From: Octopus bimaculoides
Lineage: Eukaryota
Length of the DNA: 37,172 nt
NCBI RefSeq assembly: GCF_001194135.2
Contig: NC_068981.1
Location: 84,334,471 to 84,371,642 of the forward strand
Direction: 5' to 3'
Shown one piece after another: positions 33,761 through 37,172 of this stretch; within the stretch, counting starts at the first letter, position 1; every line of letters starts with the position of its first letter. The notes beneath the pieces are model-generated. The model was given only the letters and a program-made list of their open reading frames with translations, was not told the DNA's origin and did not search any database. A program made the position numbers and the translations under genes.

Positions 33761-35244
33761 TGTACTGGACGATAAATTTAACAGTTCAACTAATCAACAG
33801 AAAAGAAAAAAATACGGAAAATACCTCTCAGGTCACAAATATTATGAAATATTCTTCATTTGGACAGAATTTTGATATAAAATCTTATAAAATCCAATAA
33901 ATAGTAATGATGGTACACCGGTGTTTGCCTTCACTTTTCGAAAACTTTGTAAGTGAAAATAAAATTTCATTCAAACAATTATGGAGCATTGATTCACTTT
34001 CTTGCTTACTGCATAATCAGAGACAAAAAGGGAAAATTGTATATTTATCTGATGTTTTGTAGAGACCAATGAAGTCGGGTATAGGCTAACCCTCAATTTC
34101 AGACAAAACTTCTTGTTCACTTCAAACACGCTCTTCACCAAAATCACTGTATCTTTTACCAAATGTAATTTATTTACTGATATTTATGTCTTCAGTCAAG
34201 TATGTTGTCATTCACACACAGGTTCTCTCTAGATTCTTAGTCTTTGTCCTTCACCCTCATTAACGGTTACATACACATTCACACACAGACTGGAATTCGT
34301 TCAATGTTCTAAATACACAAATAACGCTAGGCATTTGCAGAAGCAATTTACATGACTTAACAAACCAACGATGGTCAGTGCGTATTGACAGTTTCAATCA
34401 GGGACCTGGGATGAGATGAATTGTAATTTTTCTCATATCGTTACACTAATTAAAGATGACGAAGAAATGATGCTGAAATAAAGTCTCTATGGCGTCTTGT
34501 ATAGCGCAAATATCTTCAAATGATAATGTATCCAAATTAACAATACAAATCCTTTTAGTGATCCACAAATTAGAAATCTTTTAAAGAGCTAGAAACACCT
34601 AACTTTTACGAAGCAAATTAGCATATTCAGTCTTTTGTAGAATGATTCACAGAGTGCAATGATGAAAACTCGACGAACTACTTTATGTTACTTAATGAGA
34701 AAAAACAAAGTATGTCGTATGAATCTTAGTCGCGTATCTAAAGGAATATTCCCTGCCCAAACTCTAAGGTGGTGATCAGGATATTGAATAATGACAGAAC
34801 TGATTTTGTAACACTCCCTCCCTAGTTTCGTACAAATAAAGCATTTAAATGACGCCATCCAATCAATACTTCAAATTGGTAAAATTTACAATGAAGTGAA
34901 CAAAGGAAAAGATTTGCATCAATAAATTAACAAAGTTCACTGAAAAGTATCGTTAGAATGGTGGAGAAACATTTCCCCCGTGTAATCCAAGCAAATTAGT
35001 TCATGGCCTTTTACTATGTAATACTGTGTATAAGGTAAAGAGTGTTATAGCGTCCGAAAAAATCAACACAAAAAAAAAAATGTCAAAAATGCACTAACAT
35101 GAGAATAGATGGTAAACTACTCTCAGAACAGGAAATCTTTCAGTGAGATAGTACCAGATATTTTTTTAATTATTGGCTTTGGGACTAAAGGAAAGGGTTA
35201 TCTTGTTTTTCGAAATTGGAGACTTCACCACACTTGATATTCCC

Positions 35245-35560
35245 CTTTAAAACCTGTAACTTGATGGTTGCAGAACAAAATAAGGGTAGAAAGGCATTCC
35301 AGAGTGTAGCGTTTGGAGACAAAAATTGACGACGTGGTTAGTAATGAGGTTGTAGTGTAGGCACAATTTCGGTGATGAGAGTAGGAGCGTTGAATGACTT
35401 AGAAAAATAAAGATAAAGGTGGCGTAAAACCAGCTTGCTCCGAGGATCCGAGGGAACTCTAGTGACGGCAATAAATGAAGAGTGAAAGAATAGTACATCT
35501 ATTGGCCAGAGGTATGATTGCGCTGATGATAGTCTTCATACGAACCAGTGGGAAGCCTCC
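35245..35560 (-). mobile_element. CR1/L2-like LINE ORF2 C-terminus and 3' end, decayed
   Basis: Minus strand resembles the HRRN....FY.YY...TR...HP...SF.PRT..LWN.LP...DL..FK C-terminal segment of CR1/L2/Jockey-group LINEs. Confidence 0.5.
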
Positions 35561-35759
35561 CTCCTAGAAAGGAGGAAGATATTTGGATTTGCTAGATGAC
35601 TTAATAGAATAAATGATTTCGTACCAGTAATGGTATACTACCATAAAATACATTATGTTATAATGCTCTATTAAAATCGTGTTATCTTTGGGGCAGAGAT
35701 CAGAATTCTACTACATCAGTTTATCAATTTAAAAGACATCAGACATAAAGCAAGCCAAC

Positions 35760-35995
35760 GAGTGATGCTCATCGTGGTTGTTTGATCTGTTAGGAAATAG
35801 CCAAATTTCCCTCAAATCACACTTACATTCTTACCTTACAAGACTTGTTGGAAAATGCACTTCTAGATACACTCTATATCTGCATTTAAAAGAAATGGAC
35901 ATAATGATACAACGCATTTTATGATAAATAAGGTTGTGACAGCTATTGATCACAATTCATCCTGATCATGTCGATCTGTCTAGACAGCAAAAACG
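35760..35995 (+). mobile_element. Diverged SINE/LINE-tail repeat
   Basis: gtggttgtttga...aatagccaaatttccctcaaatcacac...ctagatacact...tgatca resembles a common cephalopod interspersed repeat tail; recalled resemblance only. Confidence 0.4.
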
Positions 35996-37172
35996 ACAGA
36001 TAATTCTGTAAAAGGTAAAATATTCACCCGACGGCAATGAGGTTACTATCTTGCCAGAAAAGAGGATTCTGTACAAGGAGATATTTGACCGTCAACGGCT
36101 TAACACTGGAAGTTGAAAGATAAATACTAAGCCTATGAACAATAGAACAATATCGTATTTATCTTCGGCTGCGTCTACGGACAATAGTGGATTCAGCAGA
36201 TAATGATTTACAACAATATTAAAGACGCATTTATCTTTAAACAAAAATAGGTTTCTTATAGAGAATGTAAATTCTACCACACATAAATACGGAAAACAAC
36301 ACCGTTATAATATACAAGATAGATAAGGTGTGTGACAACTATAAAGCATAAAAGGAAAATAGGTTTTTCTCACGGATAATTGATCGTAATCCCCACACAG
36401 TTTCGAAGAGCAGGCATCTCAAACTACAGATATCAGAGCGCTTGAAGTACCTACACAATCAGAAAATTATGGTCTATAACGATGCACTAAGGATAACAAA
36501 TTGATATTTAATAGATATTAGGGATAATTCCAATCACGTTTATTTGATTTAAATATATAAGAAGTTAAATGTGAAATTTATTAGCTCAGCGATTACCAGA
36601 TATATTAAGCACTTAACTATGTCTAATTGGTTATTGTTGATGTAATTACGTTGATGCTGTAGTATTTAGTCAAAGGTATACCCCAGTCAAGCTGAACTGT
36701 GGTCAAATTCGTTCAGCCACAGTTCCTAATCTAGTTTCGATCATTATTCAGTACACTTACGAATGTATACTACACTAAATACATGCTTAATCATCTAAAT
36801 TACTTCAAACATTTGTTTCAAAAGAGTGGCCATAAGAGGATCTACGCAGACTCCGGTTACTGGTTTCGATCTTCATGTCACAAGAGTTAGCAAACAATAA
36901 GCACGTCTCTATCAATGTATCGTCGTACACTAATAAATAACAAAATGAATCGTTTGCCGAAAACGATTCATTTTCAGTTTTACCGTTAGAATTACACAGG
37001 TGAAAATCAGGTGTATCTTTAAGAAAATAAGTATACATGAAACAAATATATTGTTCGTAGTAGTGTTTTTGCACATTACTCCTTAGAATGAGCTGTGTAA
37101 TTGTTATTTATTCACTTGCAAGCACGCACGCACGCACACACAGATACATACACACGCCTGTATAAGTATATA

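Noticed and set aside
36805-37074. 89-aa minus-strand ORF
   Set aside because: No recognisable motif, AT-rich composition, and length within chance expectation

Overview
Eukaryotic, AT-rich, repeat-dense genomic DNA with about 4.9 kb of Ns in 12 gaps, most flanked by microsatellites. The SINE families and the microsatellite load resemble an Octopus (coleoid cephalopod) draft assembly; this is recalled resemblance, not a search result. No intact, recognisable host gene is visible, and most listed ORFs are artefacts of microsatellites or N runs. Well-supported content is decayed mobile DNA: at least three tRNA-derived SINE families, a pogo/Tigger transposase, a Helitron 3' end with a helicase motif, mariner, Chapaev-type, R4/Dong-like, L1/Tx1-like and CR1/L2-like fragments, and a Penelope-like (GIY-YIG) inverted structure. 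The most notable observations are: (i) three minimal type-I hammerhead ribozyme folds with non-canonical cores (A6U in two copies of one repeat, U3-A8 in the Penelope 3' end); (ii) a 1.1-kb minisatellite of heat-shock-element/STAT-like units fused to the Helitron relic; (iii) a 94-nt cloverleaf of four perfect 7-bp stems at 25.93-26.03 kb that coincides with a candidate exon; and (iv) scattered + strand exon-like segments that may belong to an unrecognised gene.
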